A DNA stretch of 59,419 nt, counting the filler, from Platydemus manokwari (Eukaryota): the NCBI GenBank assembly GCA_037951405.1. It is 5 parts of 5 records of this genome, joined end to end, with 100 filler letters (N's around TTAATTAATTAA, not from the genome) between each part and the next. Parts side by side here need not be neighbours in the genome. Positions count along the whole stretch, not along the records: positions 26,234 to 36,994 come from JBBMOY011107553.1; positions 37,095 to 50,196 come from JBBMOY011841389.1; 3 more parts are not named here. One strand, given 5' to 3'. This document shows, piece by piece, positions 26,234 through 40,000 of this stretch. The number at the start of each line of letters is the position of its first letter. The stretch's first letter is position 1. Under the pieces are notes generated by a model, which searched no databases, had not been told where the DNA came from, and saw only the letters and a program-made list of their open reading frames with translations. The position numbers and the translations under genes are program-made.

Positions 26234-29200
26234 GTATTTGTTTAAATACTATATATTTGTACAATCTTTTGAATTAATAAATATTAATATTTACTAATCT
26301 TTATCACACTATCATTTATTATTATTCCTCAATTATATTTATTTAACGCCTTGTGCCGGTTGGAATTTTATTCTTATTTTATTATTGCGTTTTAAATTAT
26401 TATGGCTTATTATATATTTTATAAAATATTAAAAATCTTTGACAACAAAATAAATCAATAATCAATTTTTAATTAAAACAATAACCTGATTGTTAAATAA
26501 TTTAAATAGGATTCATTGTTCCTATTATTATTAAATTAGAGTCTCCTGTGCTTTCGCAGCAACAGCCCTTGTTGAAGTGTAAATTTCTGACGATTGGGCT
26601 TATTTATTTGGGCCAGCAATCAATTTGATCCAGATAAGTTTGCACAGTCAATTTGAAAGTAGTTAATGAAATGGTTGGATTGAGTCCAATCTATTTAAAT
26701 AAAAAAGTAAAATTATATAAATTCATTACAACAAGATTGATTATAAAAGTCATTTGATCAAAATAAAATTACTTGATACAAATACCTGTGACGTTGAACA
26801 ATTATAATTTTGCAAGAAATTTTGAGTTGTATATATATGATTGATTTTTCTGATAATAGGATTTTGTCTTAAAAAAATCCTCGTACAATTGAATAGCTAT
26901 AATAATTCTGGATTGTTTTGATTGAAGTTTCTTGACTGATAGAGTGCAATAATTGGCGCATTGTAAAATCAAATATAATATTGGGCGTGTTATAATATTG
27001 GATGCTCAGCTGCCATTTTTAGGTGCATAAATATTATTCTCTTCTTTCTTTGTTAGATGTTGTTCCTATCTTTGTATTTTATTTAATCTATTTTTGTCAT
27101 TTATAACTTTCCGTTGCTATTTTTGATGTGTTTTTTATCTCGTCATTCTATTTTTCATTCTATATTTCATGAATAGTATTTTTATTTTTTTGTCTATTTT
27201 TATAAAAAAATTTTTTATTATTTATTATTATTTCTATCTATAGTAGACTTCTAAGAGCTAACAATTATTATTTTGGAGATCTGGTTCAGCGATTTGATTT
27301 TAGTAAATTCTGACAAATTTAGCTTGAAGAATTATCATCGTAAAATTTCAAAATCCCATTTAACATTGTGTGCGTCATTGTCAAATGACTTCATAACTCG
27401 AATATTATTTCTGAATAATGTTATATTTAATACTCATAATGGACACGGCCTTGTTAAGTGTTTTATTTGAAGAACTTCAACATTGGATTCAATTTTGATG
27501 TCAAAATTAAACCCTTTGTAACTTCCTATTAGTATTGGTCAGATTCTTTATGGACATTCTGTTTTCCGTGCTATTCGACAAAAAATTTAAATAGTCATTC
27601 TGTCTGTTTAATTTTTTCTTACTACTAATCGTGAGAAAGACGCGTATGTCGCAAGTATATACAAATAAGATATTTAAGAAAATTCTGATGCGTTTCTATT
27701 CTTTCAATGGCTGGTGAATAATTCCAAATGTCGGCATATTTGTGTTTGATTATCTATTAGAGAAATAGTGACTCCAGTAACGACAAGTTAAGCTGGTGTG
27801 TCTAAAGAAGTGTAAATGTCTCTTGTATTTTCTCATCTAACAATGGTCTAGCAAAATTTAATATTCTGATAGAATATGTGAGTTCCATTTCAATTAATAA
27901 GTAGCTCGTAAGATCATTTCTGATCCAACATACATGGTAAGGATAATTGTAAGGATAATCCATCATGAACATGAAAACTATGATTCCAGTATGATAAAGC
28001 TTACGACTATTCTAGTAACAAGGTATATGATCTAAATATAAAAAATATTTTTGTAAGTGATTCCGATTTTTTGAGAGACTCGTATTATCTTCTATCTACC
28101 GGAATCCTTCTATATGTCCTCAACTATAAAAAATATATGGACAAAGGACCTTACAAAGATTTGAAGATAAATGAAAATTTTATGTCAGTAGTAGGATTAG
28201 AACATAAATAGCGCTAAAACTCCCCAACTCAATTGTGAATATATTCTACAACCTGATAAATTTAACAGAAAAATGGAGAGAAGTAATCTTCTGCTTGACA
28301 AGAATTAGATATTTACAATACCTTCGGCAGGAGCTACTATGTGCTGTAAAGTAAGTTAGGAAATACGAATTACTCGATAATGAATATACTTAAAATATAA
28401 TTTCGAAATGTATAAACACAGAAAATCGTTGAGCAATACCATTTCAAAGCTTTTAAAAAGCAATTTAAATAATAGAACAGATAGGATTCCGCAAATTGTT
28501 GCGATTCTAGAATATTATTAAAAAGCGAGTTTGTAATCAAATAATAACATCACTACTACCTGCAGATCACAATGGTATGTTTTAACTATTATGAATACAC
28601 AGCTTAAACAATTTCTCGTAACACTTTTTCGATATCACGGCTATTTAGCTCCATAAATAAGAAGAAGCAGTACGAGTACTCAAAGCTTGAAATTTACTGA
28701 AATATTTAAAAAATATTACAGAGTCCGATCATTAACAACTAGAGTAAGTGACGTGGGAGCCCATTATTCGTAGGTTATCTACTCCTACTCTGTACTTTAT
28801 TTTTATATTTAGATGAAATGTAATATGAATTAAAAAAGTATTTAAGAATGATCGATCGTTTTATTGAAATCTGAGGCTTAGAAGTGTTTGCACGCATTTT
28901 TTCGAATGAAACTAATCGATTACGCAAACTAAATGCTTTCAATACACGCGCAATCCATTGGATTGAAAGATCAGCCAACTCCCATTATAAAACCAATTAG
29001 TGAGATACATATGGCGACGCAACCATGATCATTTTACTAACAGTAGCTATTCAAATGTAAATAAAGCAAAAATTATTTACAAACATTTTATTTACTGAAG
29101 ATGTTTGTCAGAGACAATTTATTTGTTCAAGAAAATCCGAGAGATACTTCAAGCAAATAATAACACACACCCAACAAAACATCGATTAATATGAGATTCA

Positions 29201-30100
29201 ATCAATTAAATCCAAATTACGCAATCCAATATCAATGTTGACACAGTTATTAAAAATCTTTAGAAAAACATTAATCGATTATTTGATCAATTCGTTCAAA
29301 TCTTCAAAACAAACAATTATTCAATCGGTTTGTTTGGAAAACAAATTTGTTTATCTAAAATGTCATTATTTCCGTTCAAGAATAAAGTGAAATATCAAGC
29401 AACAATCTTGAAAAGGGCACACGTCTGTTGAAAATAATCGACAGAAAGAGGCTTCATATTAAAGTCTATTACATCATCAACCGATTCTATCCAAAACGTC
29501 TGTGATAAATATACAATATGTATATAATATCTACTGAAGAACGACCGGATTATGTATCATCATCGTGTAGTCGTCTATGAAACGTAATTGGTAACCTTAA
29601 TATTTATTAATGACAATTCCGTACATTAAACCACGCTTTACAACTGAAATTAGGTGGTACCTTGTGTAGATGTATGAATTTGACTGACCCTTCAGTAAGT
29701 GTGTGCCTACACAAGACAGTACACGTTCCTATCGTGCATGGATATTCAATGCATGTGTGTGTTCAAGAATAGAGAATCCATATGTTGTAGCTCATCATCA
29801 ACTTTATCACCATCACTTCTCAAATGAGATCAAACAAAGAATGCAACATGTATGTGCATCGATACACACATACCATCGTGTACATTTCGTAATGTAGCAC
29901 ACACGTCTCCATCGAGCATGAGTAACACGATACACGACAAATATACACACACAAAACCATTGTACACAATGATTGTGAAAGGTAAATGTATGACAATAGC
30001 CAGATGAATTCATTCCAATCTATCATAGCGATCAGCATCTGCACTAACAAAATCACACAATCAATTGTAAGAAAATCATTATTTTGTTATTTGTGGTATA

Positions 30101-30238
30101 CGCTGCTACACTTGGTCGCTTGCTCTTTTGCTTATCAAAGAAGCAATCATTTTTTCAAGGTTTAATTGTATTACTGTAAAATATTTGCTCCTTGCTGTTT
30201 CGCTAAAACTGGGTCCTAGCTAAATCAAATTGCTTGCT
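30101..30238 (+). promoter_or_regulatory. YGCY-motif cluster (candidate MBNL-binding element) in the presumed 5' UTR of the muscleblind gene
   Basis: Ten TGCT/CGCT motifs in 138 nt, ending 11 nt before the ATG. Confidence 0.65.
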
Positions 30239-30249
30239 TTGTCCATAAA

Positions 30250-33200
30250 ATGATGTAAGTCGATATTTATTGATAAAATTATTTTTATGTTGTATTGATT
30301 GATTTAATATTTTATACGAGAATTGATTGATTTATTGATGTATAAATATAAATGTGCATAATCCGATTTTAGATTTCCAAATTCTCCAGTTAATAGTAAC
30401 ATTAATGCTACACATATCCCGCAATTCTTTAATCCTACTGCTATCTCTTTACCGTTTTGTTATAGTGGAACACAAATCAATTATCGGGATTCCAGTTGGC
30501 TGAAATTGAATGTCTGCGAATTATTTCTGAAAAAAGAATGTCCAAATCTTGACAACTGCTCATTGGCTCATCCTCCAAGCACTGTAAAAATAGAAAACAA
30601 TACCGTAACGGTGTGCTATGATTATATAAAGGTATTTTTTAAATAATTTGCCATCAAGAAAAAACTCGATATTAGTTGAATAAGTGAAATTGATTTTAAA
30701 ATTTCAATTTTTTCTGTGATAGAAGTTCAACGAAAAACAAAATTCAATTCAGATTTTTAAAATCGATTTGTTTCCATTTAGAAAAAAGATTGCAAACATG
30801 GAAACTGTAAATACTATCACCCGCACGATGCTTTAGCTTCTGCCATTTTACGAAGAGGAGACGATTCGAAAAAGAATGGGGTATGGCAATTGTTGGAAAT
30901 TGATGTTTTTCAAACTCTTTATTAACATCTTATATTTTTTATTTTGTTTAGAATGCTTTGAACAATATAGGATTAAATTTAAGCATTCGCAATCCATTAC
31001 AGATTAATCGATCTCATGAATTATTGAATATTCCAAATCCGAATATATTATCTAGTCAAATCAATAATAATTTAATATCAGATTCACAAATCAAATCGAA
31101 ATTAGAAGTAATTATTGTATTGATTTTTCTTTCTTGTCAGTAATATTAATCGATAATTATTTGTTTTTTGTTTAATCGAAGTTATTCATAAATGATTTTT
31201 GAATTTATTGATTTTTTGGTATTCCTTCCAATCGATACGCTTAAAAATTTTTTATTATTGTGCTGTTGCTTATATATATTTTTTATAATAATTTTTAAAA
31301 ATTTATTTGTTTCCTGATTGATTGCATGTTGAAATAACTTAGGTAATGCGTCAGCTAAATGCTGTAAATGCCTCAGCTTGGCTGCCTGGGTTAAATGTTG
31401 CAAACGCTCAGACATTGGCTAACCCCACAAATCAAGCGAATGTGTCCTTGCATACTTTATTACCTGGTGTTTCTGCTAAAAGCTCTATGTTCAACCAACT
31501 CGGTGTAATTGTTTCTATGTCTTGTAGTACAATGAATCCGCCAGTTGGTGGCAACATAGTCGATACAAAAGTATCTAGTAAAAGAGCAGCCACTGAAGCT
31601 TTTGGGCCAAATTCCAGCAGCAATATGATCCATGCTAGCAGTGATAATGTAAATTTCGCCTGCTTCTAACAAAATAGCACCGATTATTGATTATAAAAAG
31701 AAATTCATTTTAAAAATATCATATGTATATCTATATCATAAAAGCTTGTTATGGAAAGATAGAAACAATTAATTACTTATGCTTTATATGCTTGTTATTC
31801 TAATGGAATTATTTTTTTGTTTCGTATTTCTAAACGATTTGTAATATTCTCAATTTTTTTCAAAATTTAATTTTAAAATTGAAGATATTACTTATTATTT
31901 TGTAAGTAGATTTCGTAGATTACCTAACAAAATTGAATAATAAATTATAATTTGTCAGTAATTTGGTATTGATTTTTGTGCCATCGGCAAATTATCTGCT
32001 TGATTACTCAGCTAATCCCTGGTCGAATGTATGTGATTTTTTTAGAATTACCAGAACTTTGAGTGTTATTTTTTCTGTCTTATCCAATGTCTTGCCATAA
32101 ATCTTTTCATTATTTATGATTGCCTACAATTTCTCCCATTAAATCATATTTCTAGGGTTCGATAAAAGATTATTATTGATTGAAATGCCTTGATAGATTG
32201 TATGTCATGACCAGTGATTACATGTGATGTCGGCATTTAATTTTCCTTTCCAAGTATAAAAGCAAATTTAAAATCTCTTAATCTCTTAAAAGGTATTCGG
32301 TGTTATTTACCATGATATTACGAAACCAGGTATGTGATGAAATTCCTTTTAGAGATACGCAGGTATGTCCGATGTAAAAAAGATCAAACAAGATGAAACG
32401 GAACCATCTTTGAAAGAAAAATGTGATATTCCTACTGCTGAACCCGGTGTATCCATCCAATATATGGTGCCTCAAATGATCAATAGCAGTCCTCAATATC
32501 TTCAATCTCCAGCTCAGTTGACAATGTCCGGCTTGACCGGTACAAATATCAATAATGCTTACAACATACTCCATAGTACCCCTATACAGACTCCAACAAT
32601 GTCTCCATATACTCAACTGTCACCATTGAATCTTAACAATCTCATGTTCCAGTCATTGCTGACGAATCCAAATATGTCTACCAATAATCATAATTTGGAG
32701 TCAATTCTCGGATTATCAGCTCAAAAATTATATCCTCTCGCTGGCACATATCCACAAATCAATATGGCACAATTATCTCTTCTTAATCAACTCTACTATC
32801 AACAACTCTATCAGAATTCATTGACCAATCAAACTCAAATGCTTTGTTAGTTTCATTGAATATTTAATCGATATTAAAATGATATGTTTGCAAGTGATAT
32901 GATTTTTAAAGCGTGTGGAATGATGAAATCAAAATATTGATTAATGTCACTATAAATTTCACATTTCATCGATCATTTAAATATTGCTGTTGAAATCTTG
33001 AGGTCGATGTTAATTATCGATTTCTTAAATTTAATTGAATATTTATAAATTTAAATTATTATTCCAATTAATTAGAATTTGCTAAGCAACCTCGTAAATA
33101 ATGAAATATTTTTTAATGAAATATTTTGACTACTTTTACACATGATTTTAGTTATAACAGTTTTGAAACAGCACTGTACCTGTATTATATAAATATTGAT

Positions 33201-34092
33201 GTGTGCATGAGTGCAAAAATTAATCTGTATTTTGTCAACAACAGCAGAGAGAAGCTTTAAGTTATTCAATAAATAATAATCAATCATAATCAAATTAAAC
33301 TCTGATATTTACAATGTTAAGCATGGCATTTATTCAATAAAACTGATGGACCTGGATGGATATTCATAAATATTAAGCTGATTAATTTATTGGTTTTTCT
33401 ATTCAGTCGTCATTGTTTACATTCTATAATATTGATTATTATTTATTGAACGATTAATTTAATATTTAATTGATTATTATTAAGTTATCGATAACTCAAG
33501 TTGATTGTATTGATAATATTATCAATGACAAAATATTTCTTATTAATATTATTATTGTTATTTTAACATTATTTATTATCATTAATCATTATTTTTTTAA
33601 ATATTTTCTTAATGGAGATTGAAAAATTATCATATCTATCGATACATAATAATCGATAATAATAATTATTATTATCATTGCTTGTTGTAGATCCTGGCTC
33701 CATTAATATCGCTGAACTGCAACAACGATCATTTGAAGAAACCAGTGTAGCATTTATTAATGACAAAGGAACTGTAAGCCGATTGAAAATTTGATAATTC
33801 ATGAATGGGTTATCTTTTATAGATTTTAGAGACTTTGCCAGTTTGTAAAGACTTTTTACAGGGAAAATGCAAGCGCAATCAATCGTGTAATTATGTTCAT
33901 CTATTGGATTGTAGGAATATTTTATCCTATAATAATTATTAATAATATTTAAAATTTTTAGCGCATGTTGAAGTGAAAGATAACAAATTGACAGTTTGTA
34001 AGAATGCATTGAAGGGTCAATGTCACCGTCCCGTCTGTAAATTCTATCACATTCCTTCGTATCAACTGCAAAAACTCGGTTTCTCGACTTAG
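30250..34092 (+). CDS. mbnl: Muscleblind-like RNA-binding splicing factor with four CCCH fingers, about 539 aa, 9 exons
   Basis: Exons 30250-30254, 30373-30631, 30782-30880, 30952-31107, 31343-31648, 32353-32845, 33691-33773, 33823-33910, 33962-34092 (1620 nt, open). ZnF1/2: RDSSWLKLNVC..C..C..AHPP..IENNTVTVCYDYIKKKDCKHGNCKYYHP. KRAATE motif. ZnF3/4: LPVCKDFLQGKCKRNQSCNYVH..VCKNALKGQCHRPVCKFYHIP. Confidence 0.9.
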
Positions 34093-36798
34093 AAACCACG
34101 AAAACAACGAGATATGAACTATTGTGACAGAAAATTACCACCGACCAATACTATTATATATCATATCATCAATACTTTTTATATTATCTTTTTTTCTAAA
34201 GGTCAATAATAATTATATATTGTATTCAATGATTTTTGGTTTTAAAATCGATAATTTTCACGGAGTTTATCGATTATTGTGAAGTTTGGACGAAATCATT
34301 ATTATTGTTATTTTTTCTTTTTTGAACACTAGTTTGTTATCTGAGCTTATTTTTTTGTTTTTTGGATCATTAAACACACAAACACATCGATTTTTTGTGA
34401 TGTAAATAAAAGTATGAATATATACATATATATATTTGATATCAAAATTTTATGTCGTTCTCTCATACGGAACGATAATCCTGTACATGTAGTGATTCTT
34501 TGTATATTGAAGATATTTTTTATTTCATTTTCAATTGTGATGATGATGATGGTGAAATGCTGATGTGAAAATTGTAGTTGTGTGTAATCTCAATATTCAC
34601 ATGCAAACATCTATTATTTATATTGTATTGTTGATATTGCGATGATGATCCTCGTACCTTATTAGATCATGTTGACGGATAATTTCCTGTTGTATTACTA
34701 TCAGGTTTATTAGTTAGACAATATTATTTAAATACATTTTCTTTATTATCTTTTCATTTTATTTATCTTTAATTGGTTTAATAGTCGTCATGATTGTTTG
34801 AAGTATTTAATCTTGCCACATAACTCATGTATTGAATGCCATCCTAAAATAACCATTTGGCGAATATTTACAGCGTTATGAAGGATCATATCGATTATGG
34901 TGTGCATTTTAATCATACTGGAGCGAACATCATCATAAAATGTATTTCATTTCCGTATAAAATATATGCCATGAATAATGATGTATTATGTAATATAATC
35001 GATATCCACACATGTCTGCATAGTTTATTTCCTTAAACAACACTTGTCTAATCATGTAAAGACCACTGATTTCTATATTTAATCACTCATTTGCTATTTA
35101 TATAACCCATTGCTATCTTTTAAATCTATAACATCAGATATGGTTTTGATGATATTGATTTTGATTATTTCTTTGATTAATTAGACGAACAATGAATTGA
35201 TTGAAAATAACGTAAATTTCTTGTCAATACTACAACAGTAAGGTCGATAACTCATATTGAGAAAGAAAAACAATATTTATTAAACACTAAAACCAATGAT
35301 TTTAATGAATGATTATTTGAAATGAGGTACCATATCGGTCATCGTTGACTGATAATGTCATAGTCCAATTAATTTTGCTACTTATACGGCATCAGGTGAA
35401 TATGATTATGAAATAAATCGCTTTTATCTCGTGTGATGGTATCATTAGCAGGTGAAGTGGCAAAAATAGAAGAAATTCTGTTGATGTGATTTTCATCAAA
35501 AAAGTATGATTTCAAGAAACGAAATCTGAACATATTTATCATTTGGAATATCGATTTGAATATTAAAATTGATTAGAATTGTTTGTATTAATGATTAATG
35601 TCGAATGAATAATTCTAATCGATCATCGGATTGATTTTATAAATGAATAATAATATTTATATTATTATTGAACATTGACCAATGTTAACGTTGTTGAGGA
35701 TCTGTGCTGGTAACCTTCAAATGAAACAACAGATTGCCACTTTTTGACCGAATTCCATTAGTTGAAAAACCATAAAAATATTCACAAAATTATAGTTTAT
35801 TTAGAAATGTTAACCATGTTACCGTTGTAAAAATTAAAAGGGTTGTCTTTATTCAAACACTGTAGCTGGTTAATTTTTTCATCGGTGATTCAAGCTTAGT
35901 AAATAAGGTATCGACAGAATTAAGAGAGAAGTTAACAACCATAAAGCGATAGTGTTCATCGACATTTGGATTTTGATGAATACGTTGAGAATCACACCCA
36001 AACCACGCATCTCCAAATTTTAAACCCAATCCAAAACTCTGGAAATAATCCATTGTCATTCAAAATTATTCTATCAAACAATCACCCCGAAAAAACAACC
36101 AATTTGATTCCCAAATTTCTCCAATCCAATAATATTCAACCAAATATAAAATTCAACGATCCAATGATGATCCAGTCTGATACAAACTTTTACATTGATT
36201 GAATCTTTTGAATTTTTAAAAGCATTGACTTGCTTCTGTTCGATGTGATGATTTTCGAAATAATAATATTTTATAATTGTCGCTTTGTATGATATTGATT
36301 TTATAAATCTCAGAAATTGTAAATCGGAATAACTAAAGAGGGTGACAGAGACTGCATACTTAAAGTAAATGAGATAATAAAAGTTATAGATTTTGACCAT
36401 AATAATAATATTAATAGAATTATTATAATAATCATTGTTAGTAGCGGCTACTTCACTTGCAATTGATGTTCAACAGAAGAAGTCATTGTTACTATTTTCT
36501 TAATATTTATTTTATTCCAACATTTAATACAATTTTTTTAAACAAATAGGAATTCCTTTTTCAGGGAGATTTCATTTCAATCTTAATCAGGTATAGATAA
36601 AAATATTTAAAGAATTTTCTAATCATTTTGTTTTAAACAATAAATTTTGAAACACTATTTATTATTTTTAAAATTTATTAAAATAACCAATGCACTACGA
36701 GTGATTCATCACTGCCTATATAAGGTAGCAGTCACAATTAACACTGCCACTTTAACACATTTTTGAAGACCCAGTCACATGTTACACTGATTGTTATA

Positions 36799-36994
36799 TA
36801 CGAGGATAAGACATATTATTCTATATTCAAGAACAGTGAGATATCGCCAAACCGCACACGGCCAAAAAGAATAAGGACAAGTTTGAGGAATTGGACGGAG
36901 TCGAGCTTTTGCCGCAACCAGCTTACAGCCCAGATTGTGCACCATCCGATTACAGTCTTTTCCGCTCAATGCAACAATTTCTGAAAGGACGCAG
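36799..36994 (+). mobile_element. Internally deleted mariner (DD34D) element, cut by the contig end
   Basis: TA|CGAGG.. terminus at about 36799, then DIAKPHTAK...LLPQPAYSPDCAPSDYSLFRSMQQFLKGR, matching the mariner YSPDLAPSD motif. Confidence 0.85.
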
Positions 36995-37094
36995 NNNNNN
37001 NNNNNNNNNNNNNNNNNNNNNNNNNNNNNNNNNNNNNNTTAATTAATTAANNNNNNNNNNNNNNNNNNNNNNNNNNNNNNNNNNNNNNNNNNNN
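36995..37094. other. Artificial contig spacer
   Basis: 44N-TTAATTAATTAA-44N. Confidence 0.97.
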
Positions 37095-40000
37095 TATATA
37101 TATGTGTGTGTGTGTAATGCTGTTGTTATTGCGTGTTTTAATTAAATATTACGCTTCACAATTCTTTCTCGTTAATCCTTAGAACTGTAACGAATAACTA
37201 AAATAACTAATTGTCTCAATTAATTAAGTAATTAAAAGTATCAATAATAGTAGTAGCAACAATATAATGAAATATAATCAATTGATAAATTTATCTTTCA
37301 AAATATTTTATAACAATTTTAAAATTACTATTTTTCATTTTCATTAATTCTACTCCTCTCTAAGACGTTAACTGGTTTCTTGACTGGTTTCGTTTGTCTG
37401 AATTCATCAGACTTTTGCACACCTACACTCCTATCACAAGTAGTAGACATTTCTCGTCTACGTTATACATCTCTATCAAGTGAATACAACTATAGAATAG
37501 TCATTATTTGGCGTGCACACAATCACCAATCAAATTTTTTCAATTCCTCATAACATTGAAAAAGTAATTAAACATCCTAGTGATGAAATATTATCAACTA
37601 ATTCATTGGAAATATTCCTCATTGTATTATATTAGATTTATCAATCGATTTATTCATTATGCTGAAAATTGGAATGCATGCAGTGGACCAATTAAACAAG
37701 CTGATGATGTGCAAATCTTAATCTTTATGAGTACAGTAAACAAATATATTTGTTATCCCAATTATTCCTTGAAAATGGTATTCAAGTTTTTAGTTACAAA
37801 ATTATATTAATGGTAAATAATTATCGATCCATTCGATTCTGGGAATCATCATTATAATATTAAGAAATCATAATATTATTATGACATTTTCTAACCTATC
37901 AAGCTTATAAGATCAATAAATTGAGTCCCATCTGAGTCCCATTATTCAAAGAGAAATCAAGATTTCTGTTAACACTGAACTTTTGTTTCTTTATTTCTGT
38001 AAATCAATTTTCTAGTTCTTTTAATGTTTAGTATCAATATAGTTACATCGCGGCATGTCTATTTATGACATCATACTAGTAAACACATCAACTTCGTTAC
38101 ATAGAAATTAAAAATTATAAATTAATAATTTAAATTTTATCAAACTATTGATGCTTAATTCAGTACTTCAAAGACTTGTTACAATCTGTTCTGTTGATGA
38201 TGATGTAATGTTATGAGTAATTTTATTTACTCCTTTAAATAAAGTAAATAAATTAAATCTCAGTTCAATTTGGTGTTTTATTTTAATGAAATTAATCGAT
38301 TTCCTAATTTAAATTTAGGTTTGAAATGTAAATTGTGGATCACAGCTGAATCATGCTGATCACTTTCCATCCATTGGTCTTGTGGGTCTCACTGACTTTA
38401 ATGACAGCTTTCTGGAAATTATCGATTTAAAATTCCAATGAGATATTATTAATGTCTTCAAAAATTATATCCATCATTATATAATCAAAAAATGGAAATC
38501 TGAAGTTCGAATCGATAATGGAAAATATTCTGCTTCAAAACTTCTCGATGTGCTGCAAAATATAATAACCATACCATAATTCTTTTTTATAATTATTGAT
38601 TTTTATGAGTGTTTGACCTTGCGAGTGGATAAACAATCAATGACCAGTTAGAAGTAGTAGTGGTAGTCAATGAATGGATTTTATATAAAATCTCGAATCA
38701 TTTCGTTATTTTTTAGCTTTTATCCTAATAATAACATGTATTCCACCCATGTACATTATGACAGGAGTCAATACAGGAATAAGATAGTATTTATAATTAA
38801 TTTATTTAAAATTAAAATATTTTACAAGAATTTTCAAACTGATTGATAATACATAAACAAACAATCGAAATTATTAATAATAATGTGTATGCACTATGTT
38901 TTATTTTATACTATTAGCAAATAGTTCTCTTTGTTTCTTTATGGATAAATAGACACAAGAAAAACCTGATTAAAACCCAGAAATAAAGCGTTCAAGGAGT
39001 ATACATACATGCACAATAAGTAACAACTGCTAGCAGTGGCTTTCAAGTCAAAGTTCACTGATTGGACGGTTATTGGCTATTGAAGTATATCAACAGAAAG
39101 GAACAAACACTCCATTAAGCCAATGACATCGAAGAAAGAAGAAAAATTGCCAATAAAAATGTCTGGGTTACCCTTGGAGTTTATAACAAATGGAAATCCA
39201 AAACATAACACATTAATTAACACACATAAAGTGACACTATAAATTGAGTTTATCTGTGTTTATTTTTTGGGAATGTGCGTCGTTCGATTTTGATATTTTT
39301 TTGACTCTTGGATTGTGAATCTTAGAATCTTGTGTGAAGTGATTTTATTTGAGTTTCGAGCCAAATACAACAAACGATTCGTTTAGAAAATTATAAAATT
39401 TATTTTAAGAAATTTTAAAAAAGTGTGAATAGAATAAATATTAAAAAAAATTCTCGATTAAATAAAAATGGATTTAATTTGATGAAAGAAGTTCATTAGT
39501 TTTAAAATTTATTTTAGAAATTATATCCTCGATAATTATGAATTCCAAACATCATGTGAAGATATAGTTCAAATACTTATGAATTCAGCCTTCAACGAAC
39601 AGAATCAAATTATATTTCAATAATTACCTCTAATTATAAAAAAGAAACAGTAAAAATCTCAATCATGTTCTTTAGAAGAGATTTATTAAAAAATGTATTA
39701 TACTATTTTTGTTAGTTTTGAAATTGTAGGATTGTGGGAGATCATACGAATTCAGTATCAATCTAGTATTTAACTATTAATTTCAGTATTGATTATTAAT
39801 AAATTCATTTATTAGACTGAACATATGGGATTACTTTTTTATGAATAATGCAAGTTTGACATGATTAATGGCTTTTATGAAAAGAAAATTTCATTTTTTA
39901 TAAGAACCTTTATAATGATTAAATAAATTGTACATGATTCCAATGATGAGTATATAATCTAAAATTTCGACTCATTGGTATTGTTGGTTTAAAAAAATCC

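Noticed and set aside
27270-28740. Possible decayed LINE
   Set aside because: Only faint resemblances (EIWF, AGVSK) and no clear RT motif.
29703-30056. Three overlapping short Cys/His-rich ORFs
   Set aside because: By-product of CA/TG-rich sequence; no domain or splice support.
33569-34141. 190-aa minus-strand ORF
   Set aside because: Antisense shadow of mbnl exons 7-9; no recognisable motif and it runs through AT-rich introns.
35945-36202. N/Q/P-rich ORF as an extra mbnl terminal exon
   Set aside because: Lies about 1.9 kb past the mbnl stop with no convincing acceptor; cannot be supported without transcripts.
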